NCBI GenBank assembly: GCA_030265395.1
Contig: JARFYF010000036.1
Span: 26,695,627 to 26,759,626, forward strand
DNA: 64,000 nucleotides
Reading direction: 5' to 3'
DNA from: Rhina ancylostomus
Taxonomy: Eukaryota
Part shown: positions 51,921 through 63,495 of the stretch, in pieces
Numbering within the stretch: position 1 is the stretch's first letter
Layout: every line of letters begins with the position of its first letter
The notes under the pieces: model-generated
Told to the model about the DNA's origin: nothing
The model's database searches: none
What the model saw: the letters and a program-made list of their open reading frames with translations, nothing else
Made by a program: the position numbers and the translations under genes

Positions 51921-53199
51921 ATATCTGCACATTCTTCCTGCTTCAATTTTTGCTCATGTTCCTATTATAATAAAAACTCTGTGTGTTACTTTGTCATAAT
52001 GAGACTACCTGCAGCTAATGGCATTTTAGCTTTGCATCTCCAAGTTCTTTGGTCTATGCTGTAAGGGAACTGCTATGCTGCACCTTCTATGCTTTCAAAT
52101 ATCCATAGTTTCTGGCAAAATATTGTACAAAATAATTGTAGAATTCATGGGTTAAAAGTGGGAACTGAATTACATCTGCATTTCCTGGTTCAATTATCTT
52201 GCTTTCCCATCTCCATACTCACTGCCATAAGAGACTGATCAAACACACGAAATTCATTCATAAAAGTCATGCAAGTATGATGCCACAGATTACTGTTGAA
52301 ACCAAGATATAGCTCAAAATGTAGGAGACCTACCTACCAGTTTTCCACATGGAATGAAGGTTGTATTTGACAGCATCAAGTTACCATCACCTAAACACGT
52401 CATGACAGATGTGTTGTTCTATGATAATTACCATGGTTGTATCTTCTTGAAGCAGTGTAGTCTTTGTTGTTTGAACTCCTATGCTATGCTAGTAATGTAA
52501 ATGGAGCAGATCAGATCCTTATCTAAGAGGTAGTTACTGCAAACTATTTCATGTACCAGTTCAAACATTTAATAGGCCTGACACTAGATAAACTGTGCTA
52601 TGAAGTCATTTAATATGAAGTACTTTAATAAGTTATTTCCTTTTTTTTAAGATTATGAAGATTTCTTTCAGAATTTTGCAAAGAAGATTGTATTAACAAA
52701 AAACAGTAACACATTGAGAATAAAGCAGATATCAAAAGAATCAAAACATTAAATACGATCCTCTTGCCACAACCAGACCAAGTTTTGGTACAATGAGTAA
52801 ATTCTTGCTAATTTTTGGTTTTATTGAAAAGAACTGCCTTTAGAGCCAGAATAATTTTGTCAACAGAATATTTATTCTTTGGGGTAGCTATGCATCAAAT
52901 ATCTTTTGCTAACAATGAATGATTGCAGTATTCTATATTTTTGCAAGTCAACTAACTAATGATGGTAAAGTCATCCAATTCAAATTCTGATTAACAAAAT
53001 GTTAGAATGTCAATTTCACTGCATTTCTGTCTTATTATCATAATGATAACAAGACACTGTACTCCCATTATCACTAGCACTTAGTAACAGAAGAGGTACT
53101 GTATGTAGAGCTACCATCGAACCACCATTTGAAAGTAGACATTCAAAAAGTAAAGTTACTTCATGGTTTTAAGGAATCTTCCTGTGCACAAATTGTCTG

Positions 53200-53860
53200 C
53201 TGGAGTAGGCCATATGGTCTCTAGAGCCTGCTTTGCTATTCTGATCTGATCTCTGCCTCAAATCTGCAATCCTGCCTCTGGCCCATCTAGTCCTTGATAC
53301 CCCTTTAGATAAAATGTTTTTCTAACTGTGCCTTGACTATATTCAATGATCTGCAGCTCTCTCGGGTAGAGAATTTCAAAGATTTGACCTTCAGTGTGAA
53401 AAAAAACTCTTCCTCAACTCCATCTTAAATAGTTGATCTTAGGTCTTCATTCCCCCAAGAGGGGAAACTTTCTTTTGACATCTGGCCTATTGACCTTTAC
53501 TATTCAAAAGAGCACAAACCCAGCTGGCTCCAAAGATAATCCATTCATCCCAAGAATCAACTTAGAAAACCTTTTCTGAGCTGCCTCCTATCCTTCCTTA
53601 AATAAGGAGACCAAAATTGGATGCAGTATTCCAGTTGTGGCCTCGCCTATACAGTTTTAGCCAAATCTCCCAATTTTTATATTCCTTCCTTTTCAATGTA
53701 TAGACCAACAATCCATTCACCTTCTTTATTACTTGCTATACCTGTATACTAATTTGCTGTGTTTCATATATGACCCTGATCTGTCTGAACCCCCACACTA
53801 TATGTTGTCTCTCCATTTTACAATATACTGTTTTTCTGTTTGTCTTAACGAAGTAGATAA
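53200..53860 (-). mobile_element. CR1 LINE 3' fragment, decayed
   Basis: ggagtaggccat...gagcctgct...gggtagagaatttcaaagatt...ccttaaataaggagaccaaaa resembles the 25170 copy. Confidence 0.68.
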
Positions 53861-54173
53861 CTGAACAGAGTTAATATTTCAGGTTGATGGCCTTTCTTCA
53901 GAACTTTCATCCACATATTGTCTAAATGGTGAGGGATGGTGGAGGGAGTGATGATCTTATTGAAAGGTGGTGCTGGTTTGAGAACTCAAGTGACCTACTC
54001 CTGCTAATTCGTATGTCCGTCAGCTTCTTTACCCATTTTTAACCTGATACTATGAGATCTCATGAGACCTGGAATCAATGTTGAGGAATCCTATCTGTAT
54101 AACATTGCCACCACATCTGATGCATCTGTCATACTGAGGGGACAGGATGCACCAGGGATTGTGATGGAGAAGC

Positions 54174-54338
54174 AAACAATCTGCTGAAGGAACTCAGTGG
54201 GTTGAGTGGTATCTGTGGGGAGAAAGGAATTGTCAATGTTTCAGGTCAAAACCCTGCATCAGGACTTTCGCCTGCACAGATACTCCTCATCCCACTGAGT
54301 TCCTCCAGATTCCAGTATTTGCAGTCTCTGGTGTCTTC
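54174..54338. mobile_element. Penelope-derived fold-back element with a 16-bp TSD, inserted into an older LINE-like repeat (about 54050-54890)
   Basis: Flanks attgtgatggagaagc (54158-54173) and attttgatggaaaagc (54339-54354). The reverse strand of 54232-54266 reads agtc-CTGATGC-agggttttgacct-GAAAC-ATT-gac. Confidence 0.8.
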
Positions 54339-55049
54339 ATTTTGATGGAAAAGCCTGGCACATTGCCTTCAAGTATGATTTTGTGATTATAACTATGTCA
54401 CACTGTTGTTTGACTTCATCTGTGCAACAGCTTTCCTAATGCAGATATCAGCGTGAGGAGGTCCTTGTAAGGTTGGCTGGCCTGGGAGTGTCTTCATCAT
54501 GTCCAGGTTCTGTGCCTAGTCAACACAAGGTAGTCCCTCTAGTTTTATTGTTTCTCTGTTTGAACATTGCAGTAATGGTACAACTGAATGGCTAGTTAGG
54601 CCACATCAGGTGGCATATCAGAATTAGTCACACTGGTGGGTCTGGAGTCACATTTAGTCTGGACCAGTAAGGGATGGCAGATTTCCACCCTTGAATCAGA
54701 TGGGTTTTACAACAATCCCGTCGTTTTTGTGCTCACTGTTACCACGACTAGTTTTTTTTTCCAAATCTGGGATTACTTACTGCATTTAAATTCCCACCAG
54801 TGTTGTGGTGGGTTTGAACTTGAGTCTTTAGGTTGTTAATCCAGGCCTCTAGATTACTAGTCTGATAATTTAACTACCTTGTACCCGCCGTACCCCAGTA
54901 TTATTACATCGCTGTTTTCGGGGCTCACTGTATGTTAGGTGGCTGCTTTTCTTTCCGCATTACATGCTGGTAAATTACAGCACGTTCATGCTTTGCTGCA
55001 TAGAGGAGTCCAACACCAGAGTACAGTCAGCAAAATCCCAGTGGTATGT

Positions 55050-55690
55050 TATTGGTTTATTGTCACATGTACCAAGATATAGTGAAAAGCTTTCGTTACA
55101 TGCCATCCAGGCAGATCATGCATTACACTGAGGTAGTAAAAAGAAAACAGAATGCGGAATATAACATTGTAGCTACAGAGAAAGCGCAGTTCAGGAAAAC
55201 AAATACAGTGCAAGGACCACAATGAGGTAGATTGCGAGATCAAGAATTCATTTTTAGCAAATGAGAGGTCCATTTAAGGTGTGCTAACAGTGGGATAGAA
55301 GGTGTCCTTGTGCCTGGTGGCACATAATTTCAAGCCTTTGTATCTTCTGCCTGATGGGAGATGAGAGAGACGGGTTCAATTTCTGCTGCTGTCTGTAAGG
55401 AGTTTATACATTCTCCCCGTGACTGTGTAGGTTTCCTCTAGGTGCTCTGGTTTCCATCCACATTCCAAAGACACACGGGTTAGGAGGTTAACATGGCTGT
55501 AACTGGGCAGCACGGGCTCGTTGGGCTGGAAAAGCCTGTTACAGTGCAGTATAAATAAAAGTTTAAAAAGTTTGAAGAGAGAATTATCAGGCTGAGAAGA
55601 GTCCTTGATTATGTTGGCTGCTTTCCCAAGGCAGTGGGGTGTGTAAATGGAGTCAATGAATGGGAGGCTGGTTTACGAGATGGACTGAGT
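55050..55690 (-). mobile_element. Rex1/Babar 3' fragment interrupted by a plus-strand V-SINE (about 55371-55570)
   Basis: Collinear with 31870-32340 on both sides of the SINE. The SINE reads cgggttcaatt...ctgtaaggagtttatacattctccccgtg...aaataaaa. Confidence 0.8.
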
Positions 55691-57719
55691 ATAGAGCAGT
55701 CAGCAAGTGTGAGTTCATAAGGGAATCCTTGTGACACTGATGCTGAGAAATCCCAGCAGTTCAGCATGGAACAATTGATTTTCCATTTGTTTCGTTCCAG
55801 CAAAATGTTGTGTTCCTTTGCTGCAATTTCTAAAATATATGGCTGACCAAATGGAACCAAGTTACAAAATGCACAGCTATAAACATTTCACTGAACTGCC
55901 ATGTGATGTTTGTTTATTGTGCATGTACAGTGGAGGAAATGGCATAAGCAATTAATAGCATACAAGCAGACAGTGCAGATAAGAATTTTGAAAGTATGCA
56001 GCCAGGTCATTTTATAAAATGACATGAAAATAAGTGCAGTATTTGGAAAGAATCTACTTGGTACAGCTGGTGGCGGAAGGGAAATATAACAGAAAGGTTG
56101 GAGTATAAGATTTGTAAAGTACTTATCTGGTACTATGTGTGTTCTCCAGGAATGAAAGATTAATCACCCAGAGAAGTCTGCAACGATTTTGGGAGAAAAG
56201 ACGGAAATTGAATTTTCAATTTGCATAGTGATCCTGGGAGTATGACTCCATGTCACATTGCTTCTGTCAGTCTCTTCCTCCATGTTCAGCAGATGAACAA
56301 TCCAGCTGTAAACAACACCCAAATCCTTTTTGTCCCAGAGGGGAAATGCCCAGCTACAGAAGTTTACATTCTTGGAGAGGCTAAACAATTCACAGAGATT
56401 TTTACACAGAAGTCACCATGCAGAAATTGATCATTCAAACACAGTGAATTTTCTATGCCTTAAATGGGAACAAACCATCACGTAATCAGAACCTGACCTT
56501 CAGAGTGAGGACAAAAACAGACCTTACCCTCTGTTACATTCAGTGATTTAAACCTGTTTTTTTTGTCAGGGCTGATGAATGGCTAAGAAGAGTGCACTTC
56601 AGGTGACCAGCTATAATGTAACTTTCCTCTTACCAAGACTTGCAGGATTAAAAAAAGAGTGTTCTCTTGCTTCTTTCAGTCCACCAATGAAGTAGAGATT
56701 CTTGCCCAATGGCTTTGAGTTGAAGGAGGGCAGACCACAAAAAGATCCACATTGGTCACTGCTGGGGTTGTCCATGCAGGTTCTAATGTTCTGGATCCTG
56801 AACTTGAGTAGGGCCTATGTGTGAATTCACCTACCATGGTGTCGTGACAGAGTGGGGTCATGGTCCAAAGCAAGAGGACCAAAGACAATTGGAAATGGGG
56901 TATTGCTGCTTGAACATGCACACAACTGCTTCTCTGTCCAAACAGATATACACACCTTGATTCTCTTCCCTCAGTCTCTTTCCCTCACCAATATTTCCAG
57001 ATCACTGCCTGACACCTTTTCCCTCCCTCTCTCAGCCCCTTTCACAACTTTGTCTTCCTCTTTTTTGTACCCCTTACCACTCAGTGCCCTCTCTCCTTTC
57101 TTCTTTTTCTTCTCTAAATTTGCCTCTCTTTTTCTCCTGCTCTTTGTCTCCCTCACACATCCTCCTACCCATGTACTCAGTCCCATACCTCACTCCCTGC
57201 CCCCTTGGCTTGCTCTTCAGTCTTGTGGTCTGCAGATTGTTTTCCATCTGGTTCCGGTGAGCAAATGATCTGAGGCTTATGACCCATGATGGACGCTCCT
57301 CCTGTGGGCTTCCTCTGAATATTTTGATAAATCCGTAGTGGCCTGCCTGAATGTAGTCTCCCCATATATTGCCGAGGAACTGAAGGGTCCTAAGTGCATA
57401 TCTTTGGCTGTATCCTCAGTCCAAGAGAGTCCTTAAACAAACATATCCCTCAGTGACCAAAGAGATCAATGGTAGTGCTCACCATCAGCTCCAATATACC
57501 AGTGCAGCCACCTAAAGAAATCCATGTTCGAAGATCAAGACCTCAAACCTGCTTCTCGGCAACAGTGATGTTGCCCTCCTTCACATATTAGAGGCATGGA
57601 CTACCTACGTTAGGCTCTTCAAAGCACTAGAGTGGTACCGACAACACTATTGCTTCAAAATCCTCCAAATCCAACGGTAGAATTAGTGAACCTACATCCT
57701 TAGCATCAAGGTTCTCATT

Positions 57720-58050
57720 ATACTCAACCAGCTCCATTAATGGTCACATGCCCAATCCCAGAGTCTAAATTCCATCACGATAAGAGATTACCAGAAGGCA
57801 GAGACAATTATTCAATGATGTTATCAGAGCCCTTTTGAAAAAATGTAACATCCTCATCTGTTCTTAGAAATTCCTGGCCTCTGCCTGCTGGAAATGGGAG
57901 AAGAGCATCTAGGATGACACCAAGAACCTCAAAGCTCTTCCAAAGGCACAATGTGTAGACCAAATGAAAATGGTGGAAGGAACACAGAACCTCAAAAGCA
58001 ACCCACCCTTCTGCCTCACCTGTGCAGAGTCTGTGGATCCCTCATAGGAC
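57720..58050 (+). mobile_element. RTE LINE 3' fragment
   Basis: ttcaatgatgttatcagagcccttttgaaaaaatgtaacatcctc parallels 27340-27400; ends in cagagtctgtggatccctcatagg. Confidence 0.6.
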
Positions 58051-58224
58051 TCCTTTTTCCCCCACAATTATATATTATTCATAAAATGTGTAATATATAA
58101 TACAGTATATATTACCACTCAGAGCACAAGACAGAGCTTTCCACATTCAAACAAGATTCACATTATATCAGCAAAATATCAATTTCTACAAATTTCTTTT
58201 GCAAATCTCTTGCAAATTTCTGCA

Positions 58225-58327
58225 GATGGGGAGCATTCTGACTGGTTGCGTCACTGCCTGGTATGGAGGCTCCAATGCACAGGATCAAAAGAGGCTGCAG
58301 AGGGTTGTAGACTCAGCCAGCTCCATC
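58225..58327 (+). mobile_element. Rex1/Babar fragment running into a gap
   Basis: Peptide SILTGCVTAWYGGSNAQDQKRLQRVVDSASSI. Confidence 0.82.
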
Positions 58328-58504
58328 NNNNNNNNNNNNNNNNNNNNNNNNNNNNNNNNNNNNNNNNNNNNNNNNNNNNNNNNNNNNNNNNNNNNNNNNN
58401 NNNNNNNNNNNNNNNNNNNNNNNNNNNCTAGAGAAGGGACACGTTCGGCACAACTTTGTGGGCCAAAGGGCCTGAATTGTGCTGTAGTTTTTCTATGTTT
58501 CTAT

Positions 58505-59285
58505 AAGGTGGGGGAGGGGAGGATCACGAACTGGTGGGTGCTGGGTGAGAAGGGGGAGGTAGATGGGTGGGGGACAGGGGGAACAGGAATGATGTGAGAA
58601 GCTGGGAGGTAATAGGCGGAAGAGGCAAAGGGCTGAAGAAAAAGGAATCTGATAGGAGAGGACAGTGGACCAGGGAATGAAGGGGAGGAGGTGACGAACC
58701 AGAGGGAGGTGATGGACAGGTCATGAGGGTGAGGGAGGAAAATGAGAAGGGCGGAAGGGGCCACAGGAATGAGGGAAAAAGGGAGGAGTGGGGGGGGGAA
58801 GGAAAACAGATGGGAGTGCTTACAGAAGTTAGAGAAACTGATGTTGATGCCGTCAGGTTGGAGACTACCAAGACGGAATATGAGGTGCCGCTCCTCGAAC
58901 CTGTTTCTGTCCTCAACGTGGCAGTAGAGAAGACCATGAATAGACATGTCAGTGTGGGAATGGGATGTGAAATTAAAATGGCTGGTCACTGGGAGATTCT
59001 GGCTGTTGCGGCGGATGGAGCGAAGTGCTCGATAATGTGCTCCCTCCAATCTGCGTCGGGTCTCACCGATGTAGAGGAGGCTGAACAGGGAGCACTGGAT
59101 GCGACAAATGACCCCGATGAATTCATTTCCTCACCCTCTTCCTTTCCAGTCCTGAGGAAGGGTCTCGAGCCGAAACATCAATTGTTCATTTCTCTCCGTA
59201 GATGCCACCAGACCTGCTGAGATCCCTCAGCACTTTGTGTTTGTTGCTCCAGATCTCCAGCATCTGCAGAATCTTGTGTGTCTCC
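58505..59285 (-). mobile_element. 5'-truncated Penelope-like retroelement: GIY-YIG endonuclease C-terminus, pyrimidine-rich 3' region, and an inverted pseudo-LTR carrying a hammerhead-like motif
   Basis: The reverse strand from about 59115 reads GVICRIQCSLFSLLYIGETRRRL...LRSIRRNSQNLPVTSHFNFTSHSHTDMSIHGLLYC...EERHLIFRLGSLQPDGINISF. The plus strand at 59147-59185 reads cagtc-CTGAGGA-agggtctcgagcc-GAAAC-ATC-aattg, followed by the same arm as the mini-elements, ending gtgtctcc. Confidence 0.88.
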
Positions 59286-59859
59286 TGCTAACTTTAGCAG
59301 CTGTGTGGGTTTTTTTCTGTTCTGATCTGCTGCATGTTAACTGATGGGATTAATTATTTAGTCCAAGGTCTTTAACAAGAACCATTGATTGTAGGACAAT
59401 CTATCAGGACCTTAGATGTTAATCAAATGCAGACGAATTAAAATAAAAGCACAACGCTAAATATGACAGTTGAACTGTCAAATGGCTGGAGGAATAGTTC
59501 TCTGTCCAACTGGGCTGTGGTTCTTCTGCCAAAAGATCTTGAAACATTATGGATAATTGCATTGGGCCAGATAGTTCTCAGCTCTGGCTACAGGGAACAC
59601 TGCCTGTCTTGTCCTTGCTCTTCAACTTGTCTACAATTTCCATGCCTGAGCATTCAAGTGTGGACACCAGAGGTGAGACAGGGATCAAATCCCAACACAA
59701 CTGACCTCCCTCTCTGCCACTGTAGTCACTGTTGAGTCTGGGGTTTTGGTGGTGGGTGGGTGAATTGGCAGAATGAGGTAATGTGGCAAGTGCTTTTTGC
59801 ACCCACAAGCCTAGCTTTATGCCATCTATGGCAGGCTCAATGGTGAAACCTCGTTATTC

Positions 59860-59985
59860 CTTTTTTGCACTATTTATTTATTTTTGTAACTTATGGTAAT
59901 TTCTATGTCTTGCACTGTACTGCTGCCGCAAAATAACAAATTTCATGACATATGTCAGTGATAATAAACCTGATTCTAACTCTGA
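59860..59985 (+). mobile_element. Rex1-type 3' tail fragment
   Basis: gcactgtactgctgccgcaaaataacaaatttcatgacatatgtcagtgataataaacctgattct. Confidence 0.6.
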
Positions 59986-60275
59986 ATTTTCTTTAACACA
60001 ATGGTACATAGGGTTTTTACATAGGTTCCAGTCCCTCAGTGTGCAATGATGGCAAGGCTTTAACCCGTGGCCTTCCCCATACAGTCTCCGCAATGACTGT
60101 ATCAATGTATAGTAAGTCTTTCATTGTGTAGTCCTGGGCAGTGGAACGTATCAGTCTGCAATATTTGGTCATGGACAGCTCCTTGCCCTGGTCAATAAGC
60201 ACGTTTTGTTTTAGGTTTGTACAGTGTAACACTTTTCAGCCACATGAGAACAAACAGAAATTGAATGGAAACAAG

Positions 60276-60393
60276 ATGAAAAGCACTATAATGCTGGAGG
60301 AACTCAGCCGGCCAGGCAGTCTCCGTGAAGAATCCGTGCAGTCCTTTGTTTCTTTCATCTAGATTCCAACATCTGCAGTTCTTTGTTTCTCTA
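60276..60393. mobile_element. Short Penelope-derived insertion with a perfect 13-bp TSD, inside an RTE 3' end
   Basis: gaatggaaacaag occurs at 60263-60275 and 60394-60406. The arms resemble the 27737 copy. The hammerhead region is absent. Confidence 0.8.
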
Positions 60394-63109
60394 GAATGGA
60401 AACAAGTTGTCCTCAACCCTAAGGATGTGCCTAAAGAGACAAGATCACAAGCAGGTGTGCATGCACAGCTTGGAATAATATAGTTTTTAGATATCAAAAC
60501 CGAGTGATAGATCCATTTTTTGCAACACTGAGGGCAAATTATATGTATTTTTAAGTTGCAAGAAGTGTTTTAAGTATTGTTGGTTTAAAAAGAATTACAG
60601 AGATGTGAAATTGGTCTTTGGCAGTGGTGCTGAAGTGTTGACAGCAAACGGATGGCCTGTTTTATACCCTATTGATTGAAGTCGTTGAGAAAAAAACTCA
60701 AGTGTAAAATGAGCTCCTGATTTACTCCTGCTCTTGTGTGTTTCACTAACAATCAACTCTTATGGCCACATTCTCTCCAAGCTATGGCTGAGGGTGCAGT
60801 CAGAACATGTACATCATGTTGATATCTTTTACTTTAAATGTGCTAGATATAGATTCTAGTTTCCATTTAGTCAACTGAAATTACAAAGAAAACTTATAAG
60901 ATCCCAAACAGGAACATAAAATGCTAAGAGGATTCAGGCATCAGGCAACAAGCAGAAAATAAAGAAGTTGTTAATGTTTCAGCACCTTATCAGAAACTGC
61001 AAGCCTTGCTGATGATTTCTGGCATTTTCTGATTTTGTTGGAAATTATGAGAAATTGTCACCTATAGTTTCTAAGAAGTACCTGGGAACGAAGGAGCTCA
61101 CCTCTCAGGACAGAACTGGAACATTTCCTTGGGGTACTCTGGAAATTTTTACCAATCAACAAAATCTCATTCTTTAGCTTGCTGTTGGTGAAGGCACTTT
61201 GGACAAGGAATCTACTCTTTATAAAGGTAAATGTAATAATGTTTACAAACAGCAGGCATGGATCATGTGAATGTAATATATTGAGACTAATTATCTCATG
61301 ATTAAACCTCCAGGAATAGGTCAAAACAAAGTTGGCATCTCTGAAAGCCTTTCATTGGGATTATACCCTTAGAATAGAATATATTAAGTACTACATGTCA
61401 GCATCACTGAAGTTGCTTTTCCTTTTTTCATACCAAGATTTCTCAATGCCTCAATCTTTACCAGATCCAAAGTAAATTCATAAAAATTCTTAAAGTTTTC
61501 TTTACCAAATCTGGCAAGTTTACTTTGAGATGGCCTCCTTTGTATGAAACTCATATGTCAAAGCTGACAGCATGACCAAGGCATTTCAGATAACATACAA
61601 GCCGTTTTAGTGAGACATCAGGAAATTTGGAAGTCACATCCAGTGAATTTACTTCCTTCTCCTTCCTTTTCAGGAAGTGGATGGCCTCTCGAAGTCTAAA
61701 AAAGCAGGTGTAAACAGGCAGAAGTATTTTAACAAAAGCCAAGTTTGAAAAAATTGACAGTATTATATGCAGTTTACATACAAATGACGCAAAGAGACTA
61801 ATTCTCAGTATTTTATTCTTAATCTGTCCTGTTTAGAAAGTTGGATGCAATTCCGCAGGATATTGCATTCATTTTTTATATATCAGAAAGTGTATACAAG
61901 GGTCTAACCACATGCTGAAAGAGCTTAAAGTAGCCCTTGTATTGTGAAACAGGAAGTCATAAACCTGTCTACTTGCCCTTAGTTTTGTTGAACCACTTAC
62001 TTCCAAAGATTCTACTGTTGAATGTTGATTAGTCTTTATCCTTAGGCTATTGATTGACAACAGGAAAAACAGGTCCCTCTCTGCAGAAAAGTTAAGGGAT
62101 GTGGTTTACTGCTTTCTCGGTACTTGTAAGGAAAACATCCATTAAAATGACAAGCAGAATGGTACAATTGAATATAGCAGGCCACAAGACTGCTATTCTG
62201 TTCTCCATCAACTTTTCACACTCTTTATTTAAAGGAACAGCTCAAAATAAACCATTGTCAAATTCATACAAGTTAAATCAATTTATGCACTAAATCTGTT
62301 ATGAATTACAGGGAACATTAGTGGAGTAATTTTGTGGCCGTTTTTTTGTTCCTAACTCCTACCACTTCACTCTGAAGAGTTTTTTTATATAGTAATCTTT
62401 CATTCTCATCAGACAAAGGGTTACTGGCACAAAGGAATGGGGTGATTTTAGAGGTCAGATACCACTTTTAAGCTTCAAGTGAAGGCCAACTATTTTGTAA
62501 TGAATTTTGCAGGTTACGCACCTGAAACTGCTGGATCCTTAAGGTTAGCTCCTTACAGCTACTTTTAATTTCCTTGGGGCTGGTTTGGCTCATTCGAAAA
62601 CATACAGTGAGAAAAGTCAGAAAGGATGCTTTCCAACAAGATTTAAAGAGATGCTCATTTGCAGTTATATCTGCATTTGACCCAAAAAATGGAAATACTC
62701 AGGAGATCAGGCCCAATCTACGGAGAGAGGAAGAGAATTTACATTTCAGTTCAATGTCCTTTCAACACAACTCTCACATTTTTACTGAATATGGATTAAT
62801 TTCAATTCAGTTCAAGTTAATTCTCTGATTTGGTATTCATGTATATCTGTTCCTTCTAATGCTATGTTATTTTCAGAGAGAAATTTCTGATCCATCAACT
62901 GTGGATTTGTGCAAAATACTGACAGAGATTCAACTTAGCAGTTCCCTTGCCCACTTCTCTATCTTTTAAGAGTGCCTTTCTTATCGTTGCTTTCTCAGAG
63001 GGACTACATTTGCAAAGCTAGTATTCTAAAGCCTGAGAATGCTTTTGTTTCCCTTCTTCCTGCTGAGGATGAGATGGTTCCTTTCATGGGTTCTGCCAAA
63101 ACAGAAAGA

Positions 63110-63495
63110 AATTTGTGAATGCAGCCCAATCCATCAAGCAAACCAGCCGGCCCTCCATTGACTTTGTCTACACTTCCCGCTGCCTCAGGAAACCAGCCAA
63201 CATAATCAAGGACCCCTCCAACCCTGATCATTCTTCCCTCTTCCTTCGGGCAGAAGAATCAAAAGCTTGATATGCCACCAGACTCAAGGACAGCTTCTAT
63301 CCCCATGTCATCAGACTCTTGAATGGACATCTCATACGTTAAAGATAAATCCTTAATCTCTCAATCTACCTCACCGTGGCCTTTGCACGTTATCTGTCTG
63401 CCTGCACTACACTTTCTCTATAGCTGTTCTTTGTAGTTTTTCACTGTATCTCAGTACATGTGACAATAGTAAACCAATAATAATAAACTAATAAT
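63110..63495 (+). mobile_element. Rex1/Babar 3' end with an (aat)n tail
   Basis: ctccattgactttgtctacacttcccgctgcctcaggaaaccagccaacataatcaaggaccc...cagtacatgtgacaatagtaaaccaataataata. Confidence 0.82.

Larger units (their letters stand above)
3425..58427. other. Twelve assembly gaps: 3425-3460, 5412-5508, 13767-13866, 14834-14843, 23548-23647, 35773-35872, 38656-38755, 41958-42057, 44804-44903, 48701-48800, 51699-51706, 58328-58427
   Basis: Runs of N. Eight are exactly 100 N (unknown-size placeholders) and most abut repeats. Confidence 0.97.

Noticed and set aside
56852-57268. 138-aa and 71-aa ORFs over a pyrimidine-rich tract
   Set aside because: Low-complexity CT-rich DNA lacks stop codons by composition.
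58723-59220. 165-aa plus-strand ORF
   Set aside because: It is the antisense shadow of the Penelope GIY-YIG region and its purine-rich tract.
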